Below the pieces are notes generated by a model. The model was not told the origin of the DNA, did not search any database, and saw only the letters and a program-made list of their open reading frames with translations. The position numbers were made by a program, and so were the translations under genes. A DNA stretch of 64,000 nt from an uncultured delta proteobacterium. GTDB lineage: Bacteria; Desulfobacterota; Binatia; Binatales; Binataceae. Each line of letters opens with the position of its first letter. Position 1 is the stretch's first letter. The stretch lies in contig CAWJET010000001.1 of NCBI GenBank assembly GCA_963842085.1, forward strand, positions 192,001 to 256,000. The letters are read 5' to 3'. This document shows, in pieces, positions 26,332 to 36,376 of this stretch.

Positions 26332-26413
26332 GCGAAAAACACCGGGACGATTTTGCTAGCATCGCACGGTTCGCTCAAGCGTCCGCTGCGACCTCCGAAA
26401 TGAGAACGCGCGA

Positions 26414-27217
26414 ATGATTCTGCTCTTTTACGCCTTCGCGCGCGAGATCGCGCCTTTCAAGCGGCGCCTGCGCAATCGCGCTCCGCTCGCTCTCGACGGC
26501 TTGCATGGCTTCCGCGCGGAGATCGGCGGCAAGGAGTTCGCGGTGGTTGGCCACGGAATCGGGCACAAACGCGCAACCGATACCGCGCGCCGGGCGCTCG
26601 ATCTGATCCCCGGGGCGGAGCTCGTAATCGGGACCGGCGTCGCCGGCGCGCTTTCGAGCGGATTGAAGCCGGGCGACCTCGTCCTCTCGGACCGCGTACT
26701 GATCATTCATGCCGACGGCCGGATGGCAGAACACGTGACCGCGATGGGCGACGCGCACCTGCGTGCGGTCGGCCGCTCGCTTGCGCGCGCGGGTCTCGCG
26801 TACTCGACTGGCGCAATTTTGACTTCGCATCGCGTACTCGCTACCGGCGCCGAGAAACGGCGCGCCAAGGAAAGCACCGGTGCGATCGCCGTTGACATGG
26901 AAACCGCCGCGATCGCCGCAGAAGCCGGCGTGCGCGGTCTCCCGTTCCTGGCGATTCGGGCCGTGCTCGACGAAGTTGACGACGAAGTAGTGGGGGCGGC
27001 ATTGGCCGACGAGGCCGGCAACGTACGGCCGCTCGCGGCGACGTCCTACCTGCTGCGGAATCCGGCGACGATGCTCAAGCTGCCGCGGATGATTCGAAAC
27101 CTCTCGCGCGCAACCGCCGCGATCGCCGACGCGCTGACGGCTATCGCGCACGAGGGTCAAGTTCCTGCTGCTACGAAGCGCGCTCTCGCGTCGGCGCCGC
27201 GAAAGCGCCCGCGCTGA
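26414..27217 (+). CDS. hpnG: Nucleoside phosphorylase-like protein, probable adenosylhopane nucleosidase
   Basis: GIG, GVAGAL..LKPGDLV, AVDMETAA, IRAVLD; hopanoid locus context. Confidence 0.65.
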   Translation: MILLFYAFAREIAPFKRRLRNRAPLALDGLHGFRAEIGGKEFAVVGHGIGHKRATDTARRALDLIPGAELVIGTGVAGALSSGLKPGDLVLSDRVLIIHADGRMAEHVTAMGDAHLRAVGRSLARAGLAYSTGAILTSHRVLATGAEKRRAKESTGAIAVDMETAAIAAEAGVRGLPFLAIRAVLDEVDDEVVGAALADEAGNVRPLAATSYLLRNPATMLKLPRMIRNLSRATAAIADALTAIAHEGQVPAATKRALASAPRKRPR

Positions 27218-27968
27218 AGCCGCCGTCAATCGGCACGGCGACGCCGGTGATGAACCCCGCCTCGTCCGACGCGAGGAACGCCGCCAGCGCGCCCACCTCT
27301 TCCGGTTTGCCGTTGCGCCCGAGCGGATGCATGTCACCGGTGCGCTCCCAAACCAGCCGGGACGCGCCGGCTGGAACCGTGTTGCAATTCTCGGCGATCG
27401 GCGTTTCGATCACGCCGGGGCAGATCGACACGCATCGAATCTGGTGGCGCGCGAAGTCGAGCGCGATTCCCTTCGACATGATCACGACACCGCCCTTGGC
27501 CGCCTGGTAGGCGCCAAGATTGGGCACGCCCTCGATGCCGGCGCCGCTGGCGGTGTTAATGATCACGCCGCCGCCCTGCTTGATCATTTGCGGGATCGCG
27601 TACTTGCAGCCGAAGAACACGCCCTTCAGGCAAACATCGACGACCCAGTCCCATTCCTCCTCGCTCGTGTCCACCACGTTTTTCGGCACGAAGACGCCGG
27701 CGTTGTTGAACAGGATGTCGAGCCGGCCGAACGCGCGGATCGTTTCGTTGACCATGCGTTCGACTTCGGCGCCGATGCGCACGTCCACCGACACGGATTT
27801 CGCGATGCCGCCGGCTTTTTCGATCTCGGCCGCCGTATTGCTCGCCGACCCGGAGCGCACATCGGCGACCATCACCTTCGCGCCTTCATGCGCGAACCGA
27901 ATCGCGCTCGCGCGGCCGATTCCCGAACCCCCGCCCGTGATCAATGCAACTTTGTCCTTGAGCAGCAT
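27171..27968 (-). CDS. SDR oxidoreductase (last gene of hpn operon)
   Basis: TGGGSGIG, FNNAG, YQAAK, CPGVIET. Confidence 0.9.
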   Translation of the reverse strand: MLLKDKVALITGGGSGIGRASAIRFAHEGAKVMVADVRSGSASNTAAEIEKAGGIAKSVSVDVRIGAEVERMVNETIRAFGRLDILFNNAGVFVPKNVVDTSEEEWDWVVDVCLKGVFFGCKYAIPQMIKQGGGVIINTASGAGIEGVPNLGAYQAAKGGVVIMSKGIALDFARHQIRCVSICPGVIETPIAENCNTVPAGASRLVWERTGDMHPLGRNGKPEEVGALAAFLASDEAGFITGVAVPIDGGFSAGAFAAPTRERAS

Positions 27969-28046
27969 GCTGGTCACCTCCGCCGGCTTCGTCGTGGCTC
28001 GACGACCGACGCTTGCCACAGTTGGCGAGAATTTGGAAGCGTGGCG

Positions 28047-28946
28047 CTACGCGGTGGCGCGGCGCGGCGCCCGACCGTGCGCGCTCGCCGGCTTCCAGAC
28101 GGGAAGAGCGCGTTCATAGGGAAAGTCCGCGAGATGGCGCTCGACCGCCGCGTCGTCACCCCGGGATTCGCGGCGGGTCAGAATATGAATCGCCAGGACG
28201 GTGAACGGCAAGTAGATAAAGACGGCAGCCCATCCAATATTCGCCGCATCGATTCGGAACAGCATCGTGATTCCGAAGATCACTATCCCCGCGTAGAGCG
28301 CCGGACCGAGGAGCGCGCGCGAGGGCATCGCGGGAATCGAGCCGGCCGGTTTCGCCGAGCCGCGATTGAGCGTCGCGTCGAGCCACTGGAAAATCGCAAT
28401 CGTGATCGCGGCGACGAAATACCATCCAAGATAGTTGCTGATCGGCACGCCGAAGTGCGGCCCCGGCGGGTCGTACCAGAAAATTTTGCCGAGGAACCAT
28501 CGGTCGCCGAGCACGCTCAACGGATCGACGACCATATCCACCATCACCATGAACAGCGCCGCCGTCAGCCACACCCGCGGTGCGCGGCGAATCTCCCAAG
28601 TGTCGAGAATCCGGAAGTCAGCGCCACGCCGATAGAGCGGCGAACTGAGCAGCAGCGCCACCGTGTAGCTGGCGAAAGCGAGGAACGTGAACGACAGCGA
28701 ATCGATGAACGGAACGCCGAATACCCAGAGCTCACGCCCACGCGTCGCGTCAATGTAATGATACAGCCCAAACGGGAATCCGTTGTGGACCGACGACCAC
28801 TCGCACGCGAGCGACACGGCGTAGGTCAGCACCGTGAACAGCAGCGTCGTGCGCAGGCCGAAGTTTACAATCGCGATGAACAGAAAACTCGCCAGGAAGA
28901 TGAAAACGTACGGGCGCAGGGCGATCGTGGACAGCAGCAGATGCAT
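28047..28946 (-). CDS. CruF/DUF422-like membrane protein (carotenoid biosynthesis protein family)
   Basis: Multiple TMs; E..SVHNGFPFGLYHY, GVP, DMVVDP, GVPISNYLGW. Confidence 0.8.
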   Translation of the reverse strand: MHLLLSTIALRPYVFIFLASFLFIAIVNFGLRTTLLFTVLTYAVSLACEWSSVHNGFPFGLYHYIDATRGRELWVFGVPFIDSLSFTFLAFASYTVALLLSSPLYRRGADFRILDTWEIRRAPRVWLTAALFMVMVDMVVDPLSVLGDRWFLGKIFWYDPPGPHFGVPISNYLGWYFVAAITIAIFQWLDATLNRGSAKPAGSIPAMPSRALLGPALYAGIVIFGITMLFRIDAANIGWAAVFIYLPFTVLAIHILTRRESRGDDAAVERHLADFPYERALPVWKPASAHGRAPRRATA

Positions 28947-28954
28947 CGCTTTGC

Positions 28955-29959
28955 CTACGCGGCGCTCTTCGCCGTCCCTCTGGATCTGAAAAATTCTATC
29001 GCCGCCGCGATCGCGCCGTCGATCGGCCCGGGCGAATAGCCCAGCTCAGCGCGCGCCTTTGAGGAGTCGAAGAACATCCGCTTTCGCGCCATCCGCACCT
29101 CGGTCAAGCTGGCCCGCGGCGCCCGGCGCGTAACGGTGCGCGCAAACGCTTCCGCGCCCAGCGCGTAGCCGAGCGCGACGGCGTACGGAATTCTCATCGT
29201 CGGCGCACGCAGCCCGGAGATCGCCGCGAGCCGTCCGAGAAATTCCTTGAGCGTGAGATTTTCGCCGCCGAGAATGTATTTCTCGCCAACTCTACCGCGC
29301 TCGGCCGCCAGCAGATGGCCGTGTGCGACACTTTCGACGTCGACGATATTGAGCCCCGTCTCCACGTACGCCGGCATCCGCCGATTCAAAAAGTCCACGA
29401 TGATTCGGCCGGTGGGAGTCGGCTTGAAGTCGAACGCGCCAATCGGCGTCGATGGATTCACGATCACAACCGGTGCGCCCGCGCGCGCGGCTTCCAGCGC
29501 GGCCTGCTCCGCCATGAACTTCGATCGCTTGTAATGACCCGGCATGTCGGCGAGCGACGACGGCGTATCCTCGCGCCCCACACCACCGTGTGGAATCCCC
29601 AGCGCCCCCACGGTGCTGGTGTAAACGATTCGTGCAACACCCGCGGCAGCGGCTGCCCGGATCACATACTGCGTGCCCGCGACGTTGGTCGCATACATCG
29701 GCGCCGCGTCCGTCAGCCACAGCCGGTAGTCGGCGGCGACGTGATAAACCTCGTTGCATCCCGTCACCGCGCGAGCGACCGAATCGAAGTATCTAAGATC
29801 GCCGCGCACAATCTCAACCGGCAGACCTACGAGCGCACTCAAATCCGCATTCTCGCGCGCCAGCACTCGAACACGATCGCCGCGTGCAATGAGCGCGCGC
29901 ACGACGTGGCATCCCACGAATCCGTTGCCGCCTGTTACCAGCGCTAACTTGGTAGTCAT
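28955..29959 (-). CDS. hpnA: Hopanoid-associated sugar epimerase
   Basis: TGGNGFVG, YHVAADYRLW, YKRSK, NPSTPIG..D.KPTPTG. Confidence 0.9.
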   Translation of the reverse strand: MTTKLALVTGGNGFVGCHVVRALIARGDRVRVLARENADLSALVGLPVEIVRGDLRYFDSVARAVTGCNEVYHVAADYRLWLTDAAPMYATNVAGTQYVIRAAAAAGVARIVYTSTVGALGIPHGGVGREDTPSSLADMPGHYKRSKFMAEQAALEAARAGAPVVIVNPSTPIGAFDFKPTPTGRIIVDFLNRRMPAYVETGLNIVDVESVAHGHLLAAERGRVGEKYILGGENLTLKEFLGRLAAISGLRAPTMRIPYAVALGYALGAEAFARTVTRRAPRASLTEVRMARKRMFFDSSKARAELGYSPGPIDGAIAAAIEFFRSRGTAKSAA

Positions 29960-29974
29960 TCGATTAGTCAGTAG

Positions 29975-31339
29975 CTATTCGCCCGGCCGCGCGACGACGG
30001 CCGCCGCCGCGGCTCGTCCCGAAATTACCGCGCTCTCAATCGTCGCCGGCAGATCTGTTTGTATCCAGTCGCCTGCCAGGAAGAAGTTCGCGATCGGCGT
30101 TTTCGCGGTCGGGCGCAGTTCGTGCGATCGAAGGTCGGGCGCCATCGTGGCGTTCTTCTCCTTGAGCACCAGCGACTTCAGCACTTTGGCTGCGCGCGAT
30201 GCTGGAATCATCGCGTGCAGATCGTCGAGCACGATATCGAGGATTTCCTGGTTACTGCGGTCGACCAGTTTGCGCGCGCCGCTGATGACGAAGCTCAAGT
30301 AACCCGGATGCGACTCGCCGCGTTGCGCGAAGATCTGACGTTTGTTGAATAGCCACTGGGTAGTAGTGCCGATAAACCCAATGAATGGTGAATTAGTCAC
30401 TTCCCGATCAAACCATACATGAACACAGATGATTGGCGAGCTCGAAAGACCGGTGAAGCGCGAGAAAAACGGAGCGGCGACCGCGCTTTCAGGCAGGAAC
30501 CGGAGAAGCTGAGGCGCGGGGACGGCGCTGATGAAGTCGGACGCCTCGATTCGTCGCCCGTCGCGCAGCCGCACGCTGGTGACATGGCCACGCGGGCCAA
30601 GCTCCAGCATCTCGACAACCGAATGCAAAACCACTTGCCCGCCGGCGCGCTCGATCAGCCGCTTCGCGCCCGTGCAGTACAAGTCGCTCAGCCCGACGCG
30701 TGAATAAACGAAGGCCGAATCGCTGCGGCGCGAAAAAAATGCGCGCTTGAGAACCTCGGCCAATAGCTGCGCCGACGACGAATCCGGCTCGTCGTTCAGC
30801 GTCGCGATCGACAGCGGGTACCAGAAGCACCGGCGCGCGCGCTCCGATTGCCGCAGCCGATCCATAAGTTGCGCGACAGTGAGACGACGCAGTTCACCGC
30901 CGCCTGACCGCCTCATCGCAAGCATGCGCAGTCCGCCGCGCATAACGCCGATCCGCTCCGCGACACCAAGATGCCGATAGCCAAGCAAAGCAGCCGTCAT
31001 GTGCAAAGGTCCGGGCAGCCGCGCCGTTTTCAGGATCGCGCTCTGTCCGGGTCCCGCGAGCATTTCGATTTCCAAATCCTCGCGAAAAACCAACTGGCCG
31101 TAGGCGCCGATTCGCTTGAGGAAGTCGAGCGTCTCGCCGTAACAACCCATCAGGACATGCTGTCCATTGTCTACGAAATCGCCGGTCTCCGGGTCGGCGA
31201 ACGAATACGCACGCCCGCCGAGCGCGGGTTTCCCTTCAAGCACCGCGACCCGCACGCCGCATTCCGCGAGCGCCACCGCCGCGCTCAGTCCGGCGAACCC
31301 GGCACCGATGACGACCGCGTCTTTCTTCTCCCATGGCAT
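29975..31339 (-). CDS. hpnE: Hydroxysqualene dehydroxylase
   Basis: IGAGFAGLSAA, LGGRAYS, DNGQHVLMGCY, AGDW..T.LPATIESAV.SG. Confidence 0.92.
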   Translation of the reverse strand: MPWEKKDAVVIGAGFAGLSAAVALAECGVRVAVLEGKPALGGRAYSFADPETGDFVDNGQHVLMGCYGETLDFLKRIGAYGQLVFREDLEIEMLAGPGQSAILKTARLPGPLHMTAALLGYRHLGVAERIGVMRGGLRMLAMRRSGGGELRRLTVAQLMDRLRQSERARRCFWYPLSIATLNDEPDSSSAQLLAEVLKRAFFSRRSDSAFVYSRVGLSDLYCTGAKRLIERAGGQVVLHSVVEMLELGPRGHVTSVRLRDGRRIEASDFISAVPAPQLLRFLPESAVAAPFFSRFTGLSSSPIICVHVWFDREVTNSPFIGFIGTTTQWLFNKRQIFAQRGESHPGYLSFVISGARKLVDRSNQEILDIVLDDLHAMIPASRAAKVLKSLVLKEKNATMAPDLRSHELRPTAKTPIANFFLAGDWIQTDLPATIESAVISGRAAAAAVVARPGE

Positions 31340-32253
31340 TATCCGCGCAGCGCGCTGAAGCGCCCCTCCGCCCACGCGCGGCCGACCAGGTAGAGCTTGT
31401 GCGGCGCAGACAGGCTTTGGCGGCGGTCAAGCACGCGATAGTTTGACTTGATGATTCGTCCGAGCAATGCGGCGTAGATCAGCCGCATCGCTTCCGCCGT
31501 CAGCAGCGTCGCGCGATCTTCGGCCGCGAGTTCGCTCTGCGCCAGCGCGTAGAGTTCCCGCGCGCGCCGCGCCTCGAAGTCCATCAGGCTGACGAAGTTG
31601 GGCGAGTACACGCCGCGGAGAATTTCCTCCTCGCTCACGTTGAATCGAGCGAGGTCTTCCAGCGGAAGATAAATCCGCCCGCGCTCAGCGTCCTCGCGCA
31701 CGTCGCGCAAAATGTTGGTCAATTGAAGCGCCAGGCCGAGGTTCTCCGCATACAGTTTGGCCGACGGATTGCGGTAGCCGAATATCTCGATGCAGATGAG
31801 GCCCAGCGCCGACGCGACGCGATAACAGTACGGCCGCAGCTCTGCCCAGGTTTGATAGCGCTTGCGCGAGAGATCCATCTCGACGCCGTTGATTATTTCC
31901 TCGAACAGCTCGCGCGGGATTTTAAAGCGCCGCGCACTGTCGGCGAGCGCGCGTGACAACGCGCGCGTCGGCGTGCCCGCATACACGCGGTCAAGTTCCT
32001 CGCGCCATCGCTTGAGCAGCAGCGCCGGTTCGCGAATCGCCTCGTCGTCGGCGATGTCGTCGATGAATCGGCAGAATGCATAAACCGCGTGCAGCGCGCG
32101 GCGCCGCTCGGGCGGCAGCAGAATGAACGCGTAGTAAAAGCTTGACCGCGAGCGCCGCGTGATTTGCGCGCAGCGTTCGTAGTCGGCCTCGAGCGATGCG
32201 ACGCCGCGGCCGGCCGCCTCTTCGAAGCCGTCGGCGCTGCCGTCAGGCTTCAA
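31339..32253 (-). CDS. hpnD: Presqualene diphosphate synthase
   Basis: SSFYYAF, YAFCRFIDDIAD, YCYRVAS, LQLTNILRDVRED..RGRIYLP; start uncertain (TTG 32253). Confidence 0.88.
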   Translation of the reverse strand: MKPDGSADGFEEAAGRGVASLEADYERCAQITRRSRSSFYYAFILLPPERRRALHAVYAFCRFIDDIADDEAIREPALLLKRWREELDRVYAGTPTRALSRALADSARRFKIPRELFEEIINGVEMDLSRKRYQTWAELRPYCYRVASALGLICIEIFGYRNPSAKLYAENLGLALQLTNILRDVREDAERGRIYLPLEDLARFNVSEEEILRGVYSPNFVSLMDFEARRARELYALAQSELAAEDRATLLTAEAMRLIYAALLGRIIKSNYRVLDRRQSLSAPHKLYLVGRAWAEGRFSALRG

Positions 32254-33169
32254 GCCGGCCACGAATCGCACTCCATCCGAGTTTGAAGTAGTCGAGTGTC
32301 CGCAATTCCGGACGCATCCGGAACACATCGTAGTTGACGCGCTCGAGCGCGCGCAGGATCGCCAGCCCGCCGCCCGCGAACATCACGATGTCGCGCCGCA
32401 GGCGCTTGTCCACGCGCTGGTGCAGTTCTCCGCCTTCCACGAGCATCGCGCGCGCCACTTCGACTTCATAACGCATCAAGTCCACGAACTCGCGCGACGA
32501 CGTATGCGCGGCCAGGTCCGCCGGCGTGACTCCGAATCGTTCCATGTCGCGCCGCGGAAGATAAACGCGCCCCTTGTCGAGGTCGACTGCAACGTCCTGC
32601 CAGAAGTTGGCGAGCTGCAATCCGCTGCAGACCAGGTCCGACAGATGCTGTCGCTCGGCGTCACGATAACCGAACAGGTAAAGCACCAGCCGCCCGACCG
32701 GATTGGCGGAGTAGCGCGAATAGCCGAGCAAATCGTCGAGCGTGTCGAAGCCGTGGAAGTCCACGTCGGAGCGAAACGCCGTCAGCAAATCCTTGAACGG
32801 CTCGCGCGGAATTTCGAAGCGGCGCACTGTATCCGCCAGTGCAATAAATACCGGATGGCGCGGCGCGCCGACATACGCCAGATCGAGCTGGCGCTCCCAT
32901 TCGTCGAGCATCGCGCGGTCGCGATGCTCGTCGGCAAAGTCATCGGCCATTCGCGCGTATGCGTAAATTGCATACATGTGCGGGCGCATCTGGCGCGGCA
33001 TCAGCCACGACGCGACCGTGAAATTTTCGTAGTGCGACTTCGCCAGCCGCGCGCAGAATTCGTACGCGCTCGCGACGTCGAACGTCCCCGCCGGCGTCGA
33101 TGCGTCGGGCACCGCGGTCGATGCGTACGACGTTGCTCCGCCCTGCACGTTGGCCCGCACGGTCGCCAT
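32243..33169 (-). CDS. hpnC: Hydroxysqualene synthase
   Basis: HYENFTVAS, YARMADDFADE, YSANPVGRLVL, LQLANFWQDV. Confidence 0.92.
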   Translation of the reverse strand: MATVRANVQGGATSYASTAVPDASTPAGTFDVASAYEFCARLAKSHYENFTVASWLMPRQMRPHMYAIYAYARMADDFADEHRDRAMLDEWERQLDLAYVGAPRHPVFIALADTVRRFEIPREPFKDLLTAFRSDVDFHGFDTLDDLLGYSRYSANPVGRLVLYLFGYRDAERQHLSDLVCSGLQLANFWQDVAVDLDKGRVYLPRRDMERFGVTPADLAAHTSSREFVDLMRYEVEVARAMLVEGGELHQRVDKRLRRDIVMFAGGGLAILRALERVNYDVFRMRPELRTLDYFKLGWSAIRGRLEA

Positions 33170-33173
33170 CGTC

Positions 33174-34343
33174 TCAGGCCGCGACCGGTCGCACTCCGAT
33201 AAGTTGGCGCGCGGCGGCTCGGGCCCATCCATCGGTCTCGAGCAAATCTTCGATCGTTCGTGCCGGCGAATTGTGATGCCGTTGCATGACCGTCTCGATA
33301 TGCCGCGGGATGTCCATGAAACGCACGCGTCCCGCCAGAAAACCCGCGACGAGCTCCTCATTGGCGGCGTTGAGACACGCCGTCATCGTGTTGCCCGCCG
33401 CGAGCGCGTCGTACGCCAGCCGCAGACACGGGAAGCGCTTCAGGTCAGGCTCTTCAAAAGTCAGGCGCGAATTTTCCGCCAGCGACAGCGGCTTTAGATG
33501 CGTCATCGGCAGCCGCCGGGGATACGCCAGCGCGTACGCCACCGGGATCGCCATGTCGGGAATCGCCATCTCCGCGATCACCGAGCCGTCGATCATCTCG
33601 ACCATCGAATGGATCACGCTCTGCGGATGAATCACCACCGAGACCTCGCCGGCCTTGAGGTCGAACAGCCAGCGCGCCTCGATCACCTCGAGGCCCTTGT
33701 TCATCAGCGTCGCCGAATCGATCGTGATCTTGCTGCCCATCACCCAGGTCGGATGCTTCAGCGCCTGTTCGACGGTGATCGACTCAAACCTGTCGGCCGG
33801 CCACTCGCGAAACGGTCCGCCCGACGCGGTCAAAATAATCCGCTTCAACGACTCGCGCCCGCGTCCTTCCAGGCACTGAAAAACCGCGTTGTGCTCGCTG
33901 TCCACCGGCAGCAGCCGCACGCGATTCTCGCGCACCGCCGCGGTGATCAACTCGCCCGCAATGACCAGCACTTCCTTGTTGGCGAACGCGATGTCCTTGC
34001 CGGCTTTGATCGCGGCCAGCGTCGGCCGCAATCCCATCGCACCGACCAGCGCCGACATCACGAGCTTCGCTTGCGGATGCGTCGCGACGGCGATCGCGCC
34101 TTCGAGTCCGTGCACAATCGTCACGCGCTCCGCCCGGACGCGTGCCGCCAGTTCGCGCGCTAGTTCGGGCGTCGCCACCGACACCAGTTCGGGATGAAAG
34201 CGCGTCACCTGCTCGGTCAACAGATCGAGGTTGCGTCCGGCTGCCATCGCGACGACGCGAAAGCGGTCGGCGAATCGCCCGACCACGTCCAGCGTCGTGA
34301 CGCCGACCGATCCGGTCGAGCCGAGAATTGAAATCGCTTTCAC
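33174..34343 (-). CDS. dxr: 1-deoxy-D-xylulose 5-phosphate reductoisomerase
   Basis: LGSTGSVG, ANKE, PVDSEH, TASGGPFR, HPTWVMG.KITIDSATLMNKGLE. Confidence 0.97.
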   Translation of the reverse strand: MKAISILGSTGSVGVTTLDVVGRFADRFRVVAMAAGRNLDLLTEQVTRFHPELVSVATPELARELAARVRAERVTIVHGLEGAIAVATHPQAKLVMSALVGAMGLRPTLAAIKAGKDIAFANKEVLVIAGELITAAVRENRVRLLPVDSEHNAVFQCLEGRGRESLKRIILTASGGPFREWPADRFESITVEQALKHPTWVMGSKITIDSATLMNKGLEVIEARWLFDLKAGEVSVVIHPQSVIHSMVEMIDGSVIAEMAIPDMAIPVAYALAYPRRLPMTHLKPLSLAENSRLTFEEPDLKRFPCLRLAYDALAAGNTMTACLNAANEELVAGFLAGRVRFMDIPRHIETVMQRHHNSPARTIEDLLETDGWARAAARQLIGVRPVAA

Positions 34344-34353
34344 TGCAGCCTGT

Positions 34354-36312
34354 TCAGTGCGATGCGGTCTCCGCCATCCGCTTGCGGAATCGTCCCAGCG
34401 CCATCAGCGGAAAGTAATGCGGGTACAAGTAGTAGCGAAGATAGAAGTGGTTCGGAAAACCGTTGCCGGTGGACTCCCGCTCATCCCACGCGCCCTCGTC
34501 GTTCTGCCGCTCTGAGAGCCACTGCGCGCCGCGCATCGCGGGTTCGCTGATCCCCGACTCACCCGCGATCAATCCGATCAGCGCCCACGCCGTCTGCGAC
34601 GCGGTGCTGGTCCCGCGCCCGTGCCACGCCGGGTCTTTGTCCGATAACGGGCTCTCGCCCCAGCCGCCATCCGGGTTCTGCTTCGACTTGAGCCATGCGA
34701 CCGCGCGCTTGATCCACGGCTCGTTGATATCTACGCCGATCGCGCGCAGGCCCGACAGCGCCGAAAAAGTTCCATAGATATAGTTGATGCCCCAGCGTCC
34801 CCACCAGTCGCCGGCCGGCGACTGATTTTTTTTGAGCCATTCGATCGCGCGCCTCGCCACCGGATGTTCGGTGCGATAGCCCACCGCTCCCATCATCTCG
34901 AGCACGCGCCCGGTTAGATCGGGGCACGACGGATCGGTCACCGCTTCCACGTCCGCCAGCGGCAGCTGATTGAGCCAGGTCGAATCGTTGTCAGCGTCGA
35001 ACGCGGCAAAGCCGCCGTCGCTCGATTGCATCCCCATCACCCAGTTCGCGCCGGCCCGAATCGCGCGCTCCCTGGCAGCGGCATCATCAGCCGTCGCGTC
35101 TGCCATCACCGACAGGATCACCGCCGAATCGTCCACGTCGGGATACCAGTCGTTGTAAAACTCGAAGGCCCAGCCGCCCGGCTCGAGCGCGGGCCGCTTC
35201 ACCGACCAATCGCCCTTCTTGAAAATCTGATGATCGATAAGCCATTGCGACGTTTGCTTGAGCGCCGGATGGTCGCCCGGCAATCCCGAGTCGAGCAGCG
35301 CCCGGCCCGCGAGCCCCGTATCCCAGTTGACCGAGACGCAGGGCATGTACATGTCGTAGTCATTGAAATGCCAAATCAGTTCCCGCGACGCCTCGATCGC
35401 TCTCTTCAGCACCGGATGGTCGTTGCGGTAGCCGTTGGCTTTCAGAGCCATCGCGCTCAGTAGGTAGCACGGCTCGATTCCGCCCCACGAGCCGTTCGCA
35501 TCCTGATGCTCGAGGAGCCATTCTTCGGTGTGGCGCAGCGCGCGCGCGCGCAGCGATTTTATTTTGTGCCGATCGTACAAGCGCAGCGCCTTGTCGGCGA
35601 GGTTCAGGGCGTTGCGCAGCGACAGCAATTTGTTTCCGCGCGGCTGCTTGAACTTCGTGAAATGCGGCGGCTCGATGTACAGCTCGAGTATCCCGCGCTG
35701 GTAGTCGATCTTTTTTTCCGGACGCGCCGCCTGCAGCATCATCAGTCCCATCAGCGTTCCGCGCGCCCATGAACCCAGCTCATAGATGTTGAACGGGAAC
35801 CAGTTCGGAAAAAGCGCGATCTCGACCGGCAGCGCGGCGGTCGCCTCCCAGGTTATCTGCCCCATCGCGGCCAGATAAAAGCGCGCGAGCGTGCCGCACT
35901 TGACGATGCCGCCCTTCGACAGGATCCAGCGCCGGGCCGCAGCCAGCGGCTCGTCACCCGCGCGCATGCCGGTGAGCTTGAGCGCAAAGTAACTTTCGAT
36001 CGTCGTCGACAGATACCCCTCGCCGCCCTGGTAAAGCGCCCAGCTTCCGTCCGGACTCTGAGTATCCAGCAGATGCTTCCTCAGGCGCGCCTCGAGTTCG
36101 ACGTCAACCGTGTCCATAAAGTGGTTGAAGATGATGAACTCGGCGTTCATCTCCGCGTTCGCCTCGAGCGGCGCGTGCCAGTAGCCCTCGGGCTTCTGCA
36201 GCGCCAGCAGCGCGCGCTGCGCGCGATCGACGGTGTAATCAATCCTGGCGACGAACTCGTCATGCGGCGACATCGCAATCGCGGCGTTTCCAATTTCAAT
36301 TGCCTGACTCAT
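34354..36312 (-). CDS. shc: Squalene-hopene cyclase
   Basis: QW repeats (QKPEGYW, QSPDGSW, QNPDGGWGE), YPDVDD, WWGRWGINYIYGT. Confidence 0.96.
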   Translation of the reverse strand: MSQAIEIGNAAIAMSPHDEFVARIDYTVDRAQRALLALQKPEGYWHAPLEANAEMNAEFIIFNHFMDTVDVELEARLRKHLLDTQSPDGSWALYQGGEGYLSTTIESYFALKLTGMRAGDEPLAAARRWILSKGGIVKCGTLARFYLAAMGQITWEATAALPVEIALFPNWFPFNIYELGSWARGTLMGLMMLQAARPEKKIDYQRGILELYIEPPHFTKFKQPRGNKLLSLRNALNLADKALRLYDRHKIKSLRARALRHTEEWLLEHQDANGSWGGIEPCYLLSAMALKANGYRNDHPVLKRAIEASRELIWHFNDYDMYMPCVSVNWDTGLAGRALLDSGLPGDHPALKQTSQWLIDHQIFKKGDWSVKRPALEPGGWAFEFYNDWYPDVDDSAVILSVMADATADDAAARERAIRAGANWVMGMQSSDGGFAAFDADNDSTWLNQLPLADVEAVTDPSCPDLTGRVLEMMGAVGYRTEHPVARRAIEWLKKNQSPAGDWWGRWGINYIYGTFSALSGLRAIGVDINEPWIKRAVAWLKSKQNPDGGWGESPLSDKDPAWHGRGTSTASQTAWALIGLIAGESGISEPAMRGAQWLSERQNDEGAWDERESTGNGFPNHFYLRYYLYPHYFPLMALGRFRKRMAETASH

Positions 36313-36376
36313 ATCTCACCTTCGCCCGGACTCAGCCCGCGCTGAGCGGAGTTCCGCCGCGACCTCAGCGTATCCG